From Escherichia coli (GTDB taxonomy: Bacteria; Pseudomonadota; Gammaproteobacteria; Enterobacterales; Enterobacteriaceae): a stretch of 19,819 nucleotides of DNA. The stretch lies in NCBI RefSeq assembly GCF_003334315.1, contig NZ_QOWR01000071.1; one strand, given 5' to 3'. The notes beneath the pieces were generated by a model. That model was not told the origin of the DNA, searched no databases, and worked only from the letters and a program-made list of their open reading frames with translations. Both the position numbers and the translations under genes were made by a program. Shown here in pieces: positions 1-12,289 of this stretch. Position 1 is the first letter of the stretch. Each line of letters begins with the position of its first letter.

Positions 1-149
1 GGTTGAGAAGCGGTGTAAGTGAACTGCAGTTGCCATGTTTTACGGCAGTGAGAGCAGAGATAGCGCTGATGTCCGGCGGTGCTTTTGCCGTTACGCACCA
101 CCCCGTCAGTAGCTGAACAGGAGGGACAGCTGATAGAAACAGAAGCCAC
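1..149 (-). CDS. insA: IS1 InsA, N-terminal part (partial CDS, runs off window start)
   Basis: GTG start at 149..147 (reverse complement of cac), followed by codons for [48 protein letters not shown] as recalled for InsA. Below the 60-aa track threshold because it is truncated by the window edge. Confidence 0.75.
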   Translation of the reverse strand, partial: MASVSISCPSCSATDGVVRNGKSTAGHQRYLCSHCRKTWQLQFTYTASQ

Positions 150-204
150 TGGAGCACCTCAAAAACACCATCATACACTAAATCAGTAAGTTGGCATCAT
201 CACC
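1..204 (-). mobile_element. IS1 insertion sequence, partial (left inverted repeat and insA 5' region); element continues beyond window start
   Basis: Reverse complement of 181-204 reads ggtgatgatgccaacttactgatt, matching the IS1 terminal inverted repeat from memory (one A/C variant); the rest of 1-204 matches the IS1 insA 5' region as I recall it. IS end abuts the yjgL-like frame at 204/205. Confidence 0.85.
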
Positions 205-907
205 TCGATGTTGAAGACTTTTTTAAAATTGCCATATATTAATGATGTAAAAATTCTGGAGTGGTGTTTTAATCAAAGTATGCAATATTCTGATGATACT
301 ACAAAGATAAAGCATGCCCGCTCCGTGATCGATCATATTGATTTTAACTGCGATCAGTCTAAAATAGCTGAGACATTATTTTTCAACCTCAATAAAGAAC
401 CCTATAAAAACAGCCCTGAGTTACAGGAATTGATTTGGGAGAAGTTGGTTGTATATGTCAATGATTTTAACTTAAGCAATCAAGAAAAATCACGCTTAAT
501 ACTAAGGTTATTTGATGATGTTAAGTTGCTATTTAATGAAGTGTCTGTCAGCATTTTAGTAAATGATATTTTTTTTGAAGGATTTTTTCATGAAGCAACC
601 TGATTTTGCGAAGTGGTACTTCTATCAATTACTTAAGAAGTATGAGGGCGAACAGCTGTATCTTAATGAGTTAGGATATGTTTATGGTAATGAAGAAAAA
701 ACAAATGAAATTGTAAAAAAACATCCGGGTTATGTCATTAAGATTTTTGAAGAAAAGATGGGTAATGAATTAAAAATTAGAACAAGAATGATGAAAATCC
801 TCCGGAATGGCAAAATCAATATATATGAATATATTAATAATGAACAGTTGGGAAAATTAAATCCTCCGGAAGATTTACGTATAGTAATAGAAAAATTTGG
901 GTGGTAG
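205..907 (+). pseudogene. AT-rich ORF remnant truncated at its 5' end by IS1 and split into two frames (208-603, 563-907); position matches yjgL of K-12 by synteny only
   Basis: Reading frame is open from the IS1 boundary (stop at 187-189 lies inside IS1) into the 131-aa ORF. A second 114-aa ORF overlaps in another frame near a T8 homopolymer (about 568-575). Low GC, F/N/K/I-rich. Lies upstream of and divergent in strand from argI, as yjgL does in K-12. Confidence 0.5.
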
Positions 908-936
908 AATAGAACTATTACTACATAAAATAATGT

Positions 937-968
937 GATGCCGGGATAGTTTTGTATTTCCCGGCATC
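937..968. terminator. Bidirectional hairpin terminator between the yjgL-like remnant and argI
   Basis: Perfect 10-bp inverted repeat gatgccggga (937-946) / tcccggcatc (959-968) with a 12-nt loop; T-rich flank on the minus strand just 3' of the argI stop (985). Confidence 0.5.
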
Positions 969-984
969 TTTATAGCGATATCAA

Positions 985-1989
985 TTATTTACTGAGCGTC
1001 GCGACCATCACCGCTTTGATGGTATGCATACGGTTTTCCGCCTGATCAAAAACAATGCTGGCGGCAGATTCGAAGACCTCATCAGTCACTTCCATTCCGC
1101 CATGTAGGCCAAATTCTTCCGCCATTTTCTTACCAAGCGTCGTTTGGTCGTCATGAAACGCGGGCAGGCAGTGGAGGAATTTGACCTCCGGGTTACCAGT
1201 CAACTGCATCATCTTGCTGTTCACCTGATAATCACGCAGCAATGCAATCCGTTCCGCCCATTTCTCTTTTGCTTCACCCATCGACACCCATACATCGGTA
1301 TAGATAAAGTCAGCACCTTCAACTCCTTTGGCTACATCTTCCGTCAGCGTAATATCCCCGCCATTTTGCTGTGCCAGGGCGCGGCATTCCGTAACCAGCG
1401 CAGCTTCCGGCCAGCATGCCTTTGGCGCGACCAGACGCAAATCCAGACCGGTAAGCGCCGCAGCTTCAAGCATCGAGTTTCCCATGTTGTTACGTGCGTC
1501 ACCTGCATAGACCAGCGTCATTTCGTTGAATGTTTTACCGGGCAAATGCTCTTGCATGGTGAGAAGATCCGCCAGCAGCTGGGTGGGGTGGAACTCATTG
1601 GTCAGGCCGTTCCATACTGGCACGCCAGCGTATTCCGCCAGTGTTTCGACAATCTCCTGACCATAGCCGCGATACTGAATACCGTCATACATGCGACCAA
1701 GCACGCGGGCAGTGTCTTTAATCGACTCTTTATGACCAATCTGGCTGCCGCTTGGGCCGAGATAAGTAACGCGAGCACCCTGGTCATATGCGGCAACTTC
1801 GAAAGAGCATCGGGTACGAGTCGAGTCTTTTTCGAAGATGAGCGCGATGTTTTTACCAGTGAGTTTGGCTTCTTCTTTACCACTTTTCTTATCGGCTTTC
1901 AGCTTCGCGGCTAACTGCAGCAGGCTGTTGAGTTCAGCTGGCGTGAAATCGAGTAATTTCAGGAAATGCTTATGATAAAACCCAGACAT
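985..1989 (-). CDS. argI: Ornithine carbamoyltransferase chain I
   Basis: 334-aa ORF beginning [35 protein letters not shown] and containing STRTR and HCLP motifs; N-terminus matches ArgI rather than ArgF (MSDLYKKHFL) from memory. Synteny with rraB. Confidence 0.95.
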
Positions 1990-2014
1990 AGATCCCTCCT
2001 GTGGCTAACGCCTC

Positions 2015-2053
2015 AATGAATTAAAATTCAATTTATATGGATGGTTATTCATT
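2015..2053. promoter_or_regulatory. Tandem ARG boxes (ArgR operator) in the argI promoter region
   Basis: Core TGAATTAAAATTCA at 2017-2030 is a perfect match to the ARG-box palindrome; a second degenerate box TGGATGGTTATTCA at 2038-2051 is spaced as expected, 26-64 bp upstream of the argI start. Confidence 0.75.
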
Positions 2054-2150
2054 TGCAAGTCTAAAGCATAAATCTTTGTCACAAAGGTGGAGGCAATGTC
2101 AGTGGTGTGTGACAATAAGAGTATCGGCAGGACATTAAGAGGAATGAGCC

Positions 2151-2567
2151 ATGGCAAACCCGGAACAACTGGAAGAACAGCGTGAAGAAACACGTTTGAT
2201 TATTGAAGAATTACTGGAAGATGGCAGCGATCCGGACGCGCTGTACACCATCGAACACCATCTTTCCGCAGACGATCTGGAAACCCTGGAAAAAGCAGCA
2301 GTTGAAGCGTTTAAACTTGGTTATGAAGTGACCGATCCAGAAGAGCTGGAAGTTGAAGATGGTGATATCGTGATTTGCTGCGACATCCTCAGCGAGTGCG
2401 CGTTGAATGCCGATCTGATCGATGCCCAGGTTGAACAACTGATGACGCTGGCGGAGAAATTTGACGTTGAGTACGACGGTTGGGGCACTTACTTTGAAGA
2501 TCCTAACGGCGAAGACGGCGACGATGAAGATTTTGTCGATGAAGACGATGACGGGGTTCGCCACTAA
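2151..2567 (+). CDS. rraB: Regulator of RNase E activity B (acidic protein)
   Basis: 138-aa highly acidic [40 protein letters not shown] with a D/E-rich C-terminus; divergent from argI as in K-12. Confidence 0.9.
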
Positions 2568-2580
2568 TTAATTGATTAAA

Positions 2581-2614
2581 ATGCCCGATAGCACACACTA
2601 GCGGGCATTTTTTT
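2581..2614. terminator. Intrinsic terminator shared by convergent rraB and yjgM
   Basis: Stem atgcccg / cgggcat (2581-2587 / 2602-2608) followed by a T7 run at 2608-2614; the yjgM stop codon overlaps the T-tract. Confidence 0.7.
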
Positions 2615-3116
2615 AGAGTTCGCGTAGCATCCGCACTTCACAATCGACATGGCCCGTGCAGCCAAGCGCATAGTCGATATGCTCAAAGCCCAAATGCTCA
2701 TAAAGCGCAATGGCTTCCTTTAAAAAAGCGGTCGTTTCCAGATAGCAGCGTTTGAAGCCCATCTCTCGTGCCTGCTCCATCGCCATTAAGGCCAGTTTTT
2801 TCGCCAGCCCTTTACCGCGAATAGCCGGAAGAAAATACATCTTTTGCAGTTCGCAAATGTCCGATTCACTACCTGCTAATGGCGCAATCCCACCGCCGCC
2901 GACCACTTCACCATCGAACTCAACCACCCAATATGCATGGCCAGGCTGACTATACACTTGATACAACTCGTCAAGGTTCGGATCGGCGACGGTGTAGCCT
3001 TTATCAGCGGTAAGACCGTATTCGGCGGATACCTGACGAATGACGCGGGCGATAGCGGGATTATCCTGCTGCGTCAGGCGACGCATTACAGGTGATTGCG
3101 GCGCAATGTTATTCAT
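2613..3116 (-). CDS. yjgM: GNAT-family N-acetyltransferase
   Basis: 167-aa ORF with an acetyl-CoA-binding style motif ([25 protein letters not shown]); position between rraB and yjgN. Confidence 0.85.
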   Translation of the reverse strand: MNNIAPQSPVMRRLTQQDNPAIARVIRQVSAEYGLTADKGYTVADPNLDELYQVYSQPGHAYWVVEFDGEVVGGGGIAPLAGSESDICELQKMYFLPAIRGKGLAKKLALMAMEQAREMGFKRCYLETTAFLKEAIALYEHLGFEHIDYALGCTGHVDCEVRMLREL

Positions 3117-3308
3117 AGTTTAACCCAATAAAAATAAAGTAATTATACATTTGTTTAATACCACTCTCTTCTTACGTGCGCAAGCGACTTATAAAGTAAT
3201 AAAGTTTTTGCCAGCCTATTACTGATAAGAGTATTGTAACGTGGCAGAACATTTTACTGTCTGTATCTATAAATTATATCAATGGATTTTTTAATTCAGG
3301 GAATTTTT

Positions 3309-4505
3309 ATGGCTCAAGTTATTAATGAAATGGATGTTCCGTCCCATTCGTTTGTTTTTCATGGCACAGGTGAGAGATATTTTCTTATTTGTGTGGTGAA
3401 TGTGTTGTTAACGATTATAACGCTAGGTATCTATTTACCATGGGCATTAATGAAATGTAAGCGTTATCTCTATGCTAATATGGAAGTTAACGGACAACGA
3501 TTTTCTTATGGAATTACCGGTGGGAATGTTTTTGTTAGTTGTCTTGTTTTTGTTTTTTTCTATTTCGCAATCTTAATGACAGTGTCAGCAGATATGCCGC
3601 TTGTTGGCTGTGTTTTGACTTTGTCACTGTTGGTTTTGCTTATATTTATGGCAGCAAAAGGACTGCGTTATCAGGCCTTGATGACCAGTCTCAACGGCGT
3701 AAGATTTAGTTTTAATTGCTCTTTGAAAGGGTTCTGGTGGGTAACCTTTTTCTTGCCGATTTTAATGGCCATTGGGATGGGGACTGTTTTCTTTATCTCG
3801 ACAAAGATGCTACATGCCAATAGTTCAAGTAGTGTTATTATATCTGTGGTTCTGATGGCAATAGTTGGTATTGTTTCCATTGGTATTTTTAATGGTACTT
3901 TATATAGTCTGGTAATGAGTTTTCTCTGGAGCAATACCAGTTTCGGTATACATCGTTTCAAGGTGAAATTAGATACTACGTATTGTATAAAATATGCCAT
4001 TCTCGCATTTTTAGCTTTATTACCTTTTCTCGCTGTTGCTGGTTATATTATCTTCGATCAAATATTAAATGCGTATGATAGTTTTGTGTATGCAAATGAT
4101 GATATTGAGAATTTACAGCAATTTATGGAAATGCAACGTAAAATGATAATCGCGCAGTTAATCTATTATTTTGGGATTGCTGTTAGCACCAGTTATTTAA
4201 CGGTGTCGTTGCGAAATCATTTTATGAGCAACCTGTCACTGAATGATGGGCGTATTCGTTTTCGCTCAACTTTAACTTACCACGGTATGCTTTATCGCAT
4301 GTGTGCGTTGGTAGTGATATCCGGGATTACGGGCGGTCTGGCTTATCCACTGCTGAAAATATGGATGATTGACTGGCAGGCAAAAAATACGTATTTGCTG
4401 GGCGATTTGGATGACCTTCCTTTAATCAATAAAGAAGAACAACCAGATAAAGGCTTCTTAGCCAGTATTTCACGGGGAATTATGCCTTCTTTACCATTTC
4501 TGTAA
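3309..4505 (+). CDS. yjgN: Inner membrane protein, DUF898 family
   Basis: Multi-pass hydrophobic ORF. Start placed at ATG 3309 (MAQVINEMDVPSHSFVFHGTGERYF) rather than the track start 3282, giving 398 aa as recalled for YjgN. Confidence 0.85.
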   Translation: MAQVINEMDVPSHSFVFHGTGERYFLICVVNVLLTIITLGIYLPWALMKCKRYLYANMEVNGQRFSYGITGGNVFVSCLVFVFFYFAILMTVSADMPLVGCVLTLSLLVLLIFMAAKGLRYQALMTSLNGVRFSFNCSLKGFWWVTFFLPILMAIGMGTVFFISTKMLHANSSSSVIISVVLMAIVGIVSIGIFNGTLYSLVMSFLWSNTSFGIHRFKVKLDTTYCIKYAILAFLALLPFLAVAGYIIFDQILNAYDSFVYANDDIENLQQFMEMQRKMIIAQLIYYFGIAVSTSYLTVSLRNHFMSNLSLNDGRIRFRSTLTYHGMLYRMCALVVISGITGGLAYPLLKIWMIDWQAKNTYLLGDLDDLPLINKEEQPDKGFLASISRGIMPSLPFL

Positions 4506-4510
4506 GAGAT

Positions 4511-4545
4511 AAAAAAGGCCGGAGCATTCTCCGGCCTTCGTTTTC
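4511..4545. terminator. Bidirectional intrinsic terminator between yjgN and valS
   Basis: 10-bp stem aaggccggag / ctccggcctt (4515-4524 / 4529-4538) with a 4-nt loop; A6 on one side and T4 on the other give U-tracts on both strands. Confidence 0.8.
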
Positions 4546-4558
4546 ATCACGGTGTTGA

Positions 4559-7414
4559 TTACAGCGCGGCGATAACAGCCTGCTGTTCAATCAGCTTCGC
4601 TTTCGCTTCCGCATAGCCTTCCAGCTTCTCACGCTCTTTCGCGATGACCGCTTCCGGTGCGCGGGCGACAAAGCCTTCATTCGCCAGCTTGTTCTCGATA
4701 CGGCTGATTTCGCCTTCGATCTTCGCCACTTCTTTCGCCAGACGCGCCAGCTCATCTTCTTTGTTGATGAGGCCAGCCATCGGGATCAGCAGCTCTGCGC
4801 CGTCGATGATCTTCGTAACGGAAACCGGACCTTTGTCATCGGCAGGCAGCACGGTGATGCTTTCCAGACGCGCCAGGGTTTGCAGGAAGCCACGGTTTTC
4901 ATTTACGCGACGTTCTGCATCCGCGCTGCAACCACGCAGCAGCAGCTCCAGCGGTTTGCCCGGCGCGATGTTCATTTCTGCACGGATGTTACGTACCGCA
5001 ACGATCGCCTGTTTCAGCCATTCGGTGTCGGCCAGTGCGGCTTCATCAACCTGAGATGCATCGTACTGCGGGAACGGCTGCAGCATGATGGTGTCGGCAG
5101 TGATACCGCAAAGTACTTTCACACGCTGCCAGATGGTTTCGGTGATGAACGGAATGATCGGATGCGCGAGGCGCAGCAGACCTTCCAGTACAGTCACCAG
5201 CGTATGGCGAGTACCGCGCAGTTCGGCTTCGGTGCCACCGTTCATTACCGGCTTGGTCAGCTCCAGATACCAGTCACAGAACTGGTTCCAGGTGAACTCA
5301 TACAGAATGCCTGCAGCGATATCGAAGCGGAAGCTGTCCAGCGCTTCGCGGTACGCTTTGATGGTCTGGTTGAACTCTGCCAGAATCCAGCGGTCCGCCA
5401 GCGACAGTGTCATTTCGCCGCCGTTAAAGCCGCAATCCTGACCTTCTGTGTTCATCAGCACAAAGCGGCTGGCGTTCCACAGCTTGTTACAGAAGTTACG
5501 GTAACCTTCCAGGCGCTTCATATCCCAGTTGATGTCACGACCGGTAGACGCCAGCGCCGCCAGGGTGAAGCGCAGGGCATCGGTGCCGTGCGGCTCAATG
5601 CCGTTCGGGAACTGTTTCTCGGTGCGCTTACGGATTTTGTCCGCCAGCTGCGGCTGCATCATATTGCCGGTACGTTTTTCCAGCAGTTCTGGCAGCGAAA
5701 TACCGTCAACCATATCCAGCGGGTCGATAACGTTACCCTTGGATTTGGACATCTTCTGGCCTTCGTCGTCACGAATCAGACCGGTCATGTAAACAGTGTG
5801 GAACGGCACCTGCGGTTTGCCATTTTCATCTTTGATGAAGTGCATGGTCATCATGATCATGCGGGCAATCCAGAAGAAGATGATGTCGAAGCCGGATACC
5901 ATCACGCTGGTTGGGTGGAACTGACGCAGGGCGTCGGTGTTTTCCGGCCAGCCAAGGGTAGAGAAGGTCCACAGTGCAGAAGAGAACCAGGTGTCGAGAA
6001 CGTCTTCGTCCTGACGCAGGGCAACGTCGGCACCGAGGTTATTTTCCTTGCGCACTTCTTCTTCGTTGCGGCCAACATAAACGTTACCTGCTTCGTCGTA
6101 CCATGCAGGGATACGGTGACCCCACCACAGCTGACGAGAGATACACCAGTCCTGAATATCGCGCATCCAGGAGAAGTACATGTTTTCGTACTGCTTCGGT
6201 ACGAACTGAATGTCGCCGTTCTCAACCGCTTCAACCGCCGGTTTCGCCAGTACATCGGCACGCACGTACCACTGGTCGGTCAGCATTGGTTCGATAACTA
6301 CGCCGCCACGGTCGCCGTAAGGAACGGTCAGGTCGTGCGGTTTAATTTCTTCCAGCAGGCCGAGTGCGTCAACCGCAGCAACGACTGCTTTACGTGCAGC
6401 AAAACGCTCGAGTTTCTGGAACTCTGCCGGGATTTCGCTGGAATAAACGTCAGATTCGTTACCTTTGGTATCGAACACCTGGGCGCTTTCACGGATATCG
6501 CCGTCAAAGGTCAGGATGTTGATCATCGGCAGCGCGTGACGTTTACCCACTTCATAGTCGTTAAAGTCGTGCGCCGGAGTGATTTTCACGCAGCCGGTGC
6601 CTTTTTCCATGTCGGCGTGTTCGTCGCCAACGATCGGAATACGACGGTTAACCAGCGGTAGAATGACATATTTGCCAATCAGGTCTTTGTAACGCGGATC
6701 TTCCGGGTTAACGGCCACGCCGGTATCGCCCAACAGGGTTTCCGGACGGGTAGTCGCAACCACCAGATAATCTTTACCGTCTGCGGTTTTCGCGCCGTCA
6801 GCCAGCGGATAGCGGATGTGCCACATCGAACCTTTCGATTCGCGGTTTTCCACTTCCAGGTCAGAGATAGCGGTGCGCAGTTTCGGATCCCAGTTTACCA
6901 GGCGTTTGCCACGGTAAATCAGGTCTTCTTTATACAGACGAACGAAAACTTCTTTCACCGCATTGGACAGGCCTTCGTCCATCGTGAAGCGTTCACGCTC
7001 CCAGTCGACGGAGTTGCCGAGACGGCGCATCTGACGGGTAATGGTGCCGCCGGATTCCGCTTTCCATTCCCAAATTTTGTCGATGAAAGCTTCGCGGCCG
7101 TAGTCGTGACGGGTTTTACCTTCTTCTGCGGCAATCTTGCGCTCAACGACCATCTGGGTAGCGATCCCGGCGTGGTCAGTACCGACCTGCCACAGGGTGT
7201 TTTTGCCCTGCATGCGCTGATAGCGGATCATGGTATCCATGATGGTTTGCTGGAAGGCGTGACCCATATGCAAACTGCCGGTGACGTTCGGCGGCGGGAT
7301 CATGATGCAGAAACTTTCCTGGCTTTCATCGCCATTAGGCTTAAAGTAGCCCTGCTTTTCCCAGTGCTCGTAAAGCGGCTGTTCGATATCTTGTGGGTTG
7401 TATGTCTTTTCCAT
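4559..7414 (-). CDS. valS: Valine--tRNA ligase
   Basis: 951-aa ORF with the class I aaRS HIGH-type motif ([12 protein letters not shown]) and KMSKS; length and sequence match ValS. Confidence 0.97.
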
Positions 7415-7857
7415 TATTTCCAGGTTGCCGTATTCAGGTTGAAACCAGCCACGCGGTAGGCTTTATAGCGTTCGCGCGCCAGTTGTTTCAGAGAATCTTC
7501 ATAAGGAACGAAGTCTACCACTTCTGTGAAAGCGGTGGCAAAATCTGCAAAGCTTGTTCGCAGACTAATCAATATATCGCGCGGGCTGCTGCTGCGTTTT
7601 TGCGGCCAGGCGATCTCCACCGGCGCACCGCCGCGCGGTCCTTCTCCCGCTAAATTATGCGGAACAAAGCTTTCTGCCGGACGCGCCCACAGGGCTTCAT
7701 CCAGCCGGTAAGCCTGCTTTTCATCTTCACAGGCGATGAGCACGCGCTTACCGCTGCGCCAACGTTCTGCGGCAATTTCACACACCAGCTGCTCAACGGC
7801 GCTTAAGCCATCGACGGTGGTGTCATTGTCCAGAAGGTAGAACGTCGCGTTTTTCAT
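7414..7857 (-). CDS. holC: DNA polymerase III chi subunit
   Basis: 147-aa [49 protein letters not shown]; its stop overlaps the valS start (ATGA at 7414), consistent with the holC-valS operon. Confidence 0.93.
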
Positions 7858-7889
7858 AAATGGGGCTTCTTGTGGTGGATTTAAATACG

Positions 7890-9725
<1,836 letters not shown>

Positions 9726-9988
9726 CTACGCTCCTGAATCTTAAAGACAACGGCGGTGGCTACAGATAGAATTGCAAGCTTTCGTAACTCATGTCCGCTG
9801 TTGCGATGACTTCGTGTTAATCTTAACGTTATTACGGCATTGGCACGTCAGAACAAAATCTGAGAGGTGAATCCGTTGAGTATAATTATCTTAGCGACGA
9901 TTTCGACGACTCAAGAGAATAAATGACGTTTAAGCCATGAAACAAGCTAAAATCCTGCAAAAGACGAGTTTTTACGGGCGTATTTAAA

Positions 9989-11089
9989 GTGATAATCATA
10001 AGATATCTGGTGCGGGAGACGCTCAAAAGCCAGCTGGCGATACTCTTCATCTTGCTTTTGATCTTCTTCTGTCAAAAGTTAGTGAGGATCCTCGGCGCAG
10101 CGGTTGACGGCGATATTCCGGCGAATCTGGTGCTCTCCCTTCTCGGGTTGGGCGTGCCGGAAATGGCGCAGCTTATCCTGCCATTAAGCCTGTTCCTCGG
10201 GCTGCTGATGACGCTGGGCAAACTGTATACCGAAAGTGAAATTACGGTAATGCATGCCTGCGGCCTGAGCAAAGCGGTTCTGGTGAAAGCGGCAATGATC
10301 CTTGCGGTATTCACGGCAATCGTCGCGGCGGTTAACGTGATGTGGGCGGGACCGTGGTCATCGCGTCATCAGGATGAAGTGTTAGCAGAAGCGAAAGCGA
10401 ACCCTGGCATGGCGGCGCTGGCGCAAGGGCAATTCCAGCAAGCGACTAATGGCAGCTCGGTGCTGTTCATCGAAAGCGTTGACGGCAGCGATTTCAAAGA
10501 TGTGTTCCTCGCACAAATTCGACCAAAAGGTAATGCACGTCCTTCTGTGGTGGTGGCCGATTCCGGACATTTAACCCAGCTGCGCGACGGCTCCCAGGTC
10601 GTCACTCTCAACCAGGGAACGCGCTTCGAAGGCACTGCACTGTTACGTGATTTCCGCATTACGGATTTCCAGGATTATCAGGCGATCATTGGTCACCAGG
10701 CGGTGGCGCTCGACCCGAACGATACCGACCAGATGGACATGCGCACATTATGGAACACTGACACCGATCGTGCTCGCGCAGAACTGAACTGGCGTATCAC
10801 GTTGGTATTCACCGTGTTTATGATGGCACTTATGGTCGTACCGCTGAGCGTGGTTAACCCACGTCAGGGACGCGTACTGTCGATGCTGCCAGCCATGCTG
10901 CTGTATCTACTTTTCTTCCTGATCCAGACCTCCCTGAAATCGAACGGCGGTAAAGGTAAGCTGGACCCGACGCTGTGGATGTGGACCGTTAACCTGATTT
11001 ATCTGGCTTTGGCGATTGTTCTCAACCTTTGGGACACCGTGCCGGTCCGCCGCCTGCGCGCCAGTTTTTCGCGTAAAGGAGCGGTGTGA
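9989..11089 (+). CDS. lptF: LPS export ABC transporter permease LptF
   Basis: 366-aa membrane ORF starting at GTG 9989 (MIIIRYLVRETLKSQLAILFILLL), immediately followed by lptG. Confidence 0.93.
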   Translation: MIIIRYLVRETLKSQLAILFILLLIFFCQKLVRILGAAVDGDIPANLVLSLLGLGVPEMAQLILPLSLFLGLLMTLGKLYTESEITVMHACGLSKAVLVKAAMILAVFTAIVAAVNVMWAGPWSSRHQDEVLAEAKANPGMAALAQGQFQQATNGSSVLFIESVDGSDFKDVFLAQIRPKGNARPSVVVADSGHLTQLRDGSQVVTLNQGTRFEGTALLRDFRITDFQDYQAIIGHQAVALDPNDTDQMDMRTLWNTDTDRARAELNWRITLVFTVFMMALMVVPLSVVNPRQGRVLSMLPAMLLYLLFFLIQTSLKSNGGKGKLDPTLWMWTVNLIYLALAIVLNLWDTVPVRRLRASFSRKGAV

Positions 11090-12171
11090 TGCAACCTTTT
11101 GGCGTACTTGACCGCTATATCGGTAAAACTATTTTCACCACCATCATGATGACGCTGTTCATGCTGGTGTCGCTGTCGGGCATTATCAAGTTTGTCGATC
11201 AGTTGAAAAAAGCCGGGCAGGGGAGTTACGACGCGTTAGGCGCAGGAATGTATACCTTGCTGAGCGTGCCGAAAGATGTGCAGATCTTCTTCCCGATGGC
11301 GGCTCTGCTTGGGGCGTTGCTTGGTCTTGGGATGCTGGCGCAGCGCAGCGAACTGGTGGTGATGCAGGCTTCTGGTTTTACCCGTATGCAGGTGGCGCTG
11401 TCGGTGATGAAAACCGCCATTCCGCTGGTCTTGCTGACGATGGCGATTGGCGAATGGGTTGCGCCGCAGGGCGAACAGATGGCGCGTAACTACCGTGCGC
11501 AGGCGATGTACGGCGGCTCGTTGCTCTCTACCCAGCAAGGCTTATGGGCGAAAGATGGCAACAACTTCGTCTACATTGAGCGGGTTAAAGGTGACGAAGA
11601 GTTAGGTGGCATCAGCATTTATGCCTTTAACGAGAATCGTCGTCTGCAATCCGTACGCTATGCCGCTACTGCGAAGTTTGACCCGGAACATAAAGTCTGG
11701 CGTCTGTCGCAGGTTGATGAATCTGATCTGACCAATCCGAAACAGATTACCGGTTCGCAGACGGTGAGCGGCACCTGGAAAACCAACCTCACGCCAGACA
11801 AACTGGGCGTGGTGGCGCTGGACCCGGATGCACTCTCCATTAGCGGTTTGCACAACTATGTGAAGTATCTGAAGTCGAGCGGTCAGGATGCCGGACGTTA
11901 TCAGCTCAACATGTGGAGCAAAATCTTCCAGCCGCTATCCGTGGCGGTGATGATGCTGATGGCGCTGTCGTTCATCTTTGGCCCACTGCGTAGCGTACCG
12001 ATGGGCGTGCGTGTGGTCACCGGTATCAGCTTCGGTTTTGTCTTCTACGTACTGGACCAGATCTTCGGCCCGCTGACGTTGGTTTATGGCATCCCGCCGA
12101 TCATCGGCGCACTGTTGCCAAGCGCCAGCTTCTTCTTAATCAGCCTGTGGCTGTTAATGAGAAAATCGTAA
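11089..12171 (+). CDS. lptG: LPS export ABC transporter permease LptG
   Basis: ATG at 11089 overlaps the lptF stop (GTGATG); product begins MQPFGVLDRYIGKTIFTTIMMTLFMLVSLSG, 360 aa. Confidence 0.93.
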   Translation: MQPFGVLDRYIGKTIFTTIMMTLFMLVSLSGIIKFVDQLKKAGQGSYDALGAGMYTLLSVPKDVQIFFPMAALLGALLGLGMLAQRSELVVMQASGFTRMQVALSVMKTAIPLVLLTMAIGEWVAPQGEQMARNYRAQAMYGGSLLSTQQGLWAKDGNNFVYIERVKGDEELGGISIYAFNENRRLQSVRYAATAKFDPEHKVWRLSQVDESDLTNPKQITGSQTVSGTWKTNLTPDKLGVVALDPDALSISGLHNYVKYLKSSGQDAGRYQLNMWSKIFQPLSVAVMMLMALSFIFGPLRSVPMGVRVVTGISFGFVFYVLDQIFGPLTLVYGIPPIIGALLPSASFFLISLWLLMRKS

Positions 12172-12289
12172 CCAAGCAAGGGAGCGAAAGCTCCCTTTCA
12201 CATTGTTGATAAAGTCAAATACGAGTTCGATCGGTCCCCTCGCCCCTTTGGGGAGAGGGTTAGGGTGAGGGGCACAGACCGCACCTGAC

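Noticed and set aside
1144-1914. 256-aa plus-strand ORF (and smaller 1328-1510, 1602-1883)
   Set aside because: Antisense or overlapping frames inside the well-supported argI gene.
2211-2564. 117-aa minus-strand ORF
   Set aside because: Antisense to rraB, which has a strongly characteristic acidic product.
3282-3308. N-terminal extension of yjgN (track start at 3282), and similar extensions of yjgR (to 13840) and ahr (to 14983)
   Set aside because: Shorter starts reproduce the expected protein lengths (398, 500, 339 aa) and N-termini of the known proteins; extensions lack support.
4880-6661. 593-aa ORF on the plus strand
   Set aside because: Lies entirely antisense within valS; Arg/Ala/Val-rich low-complexity translation typical of the antisense frame of a GC-rich gene; no start context or homology.
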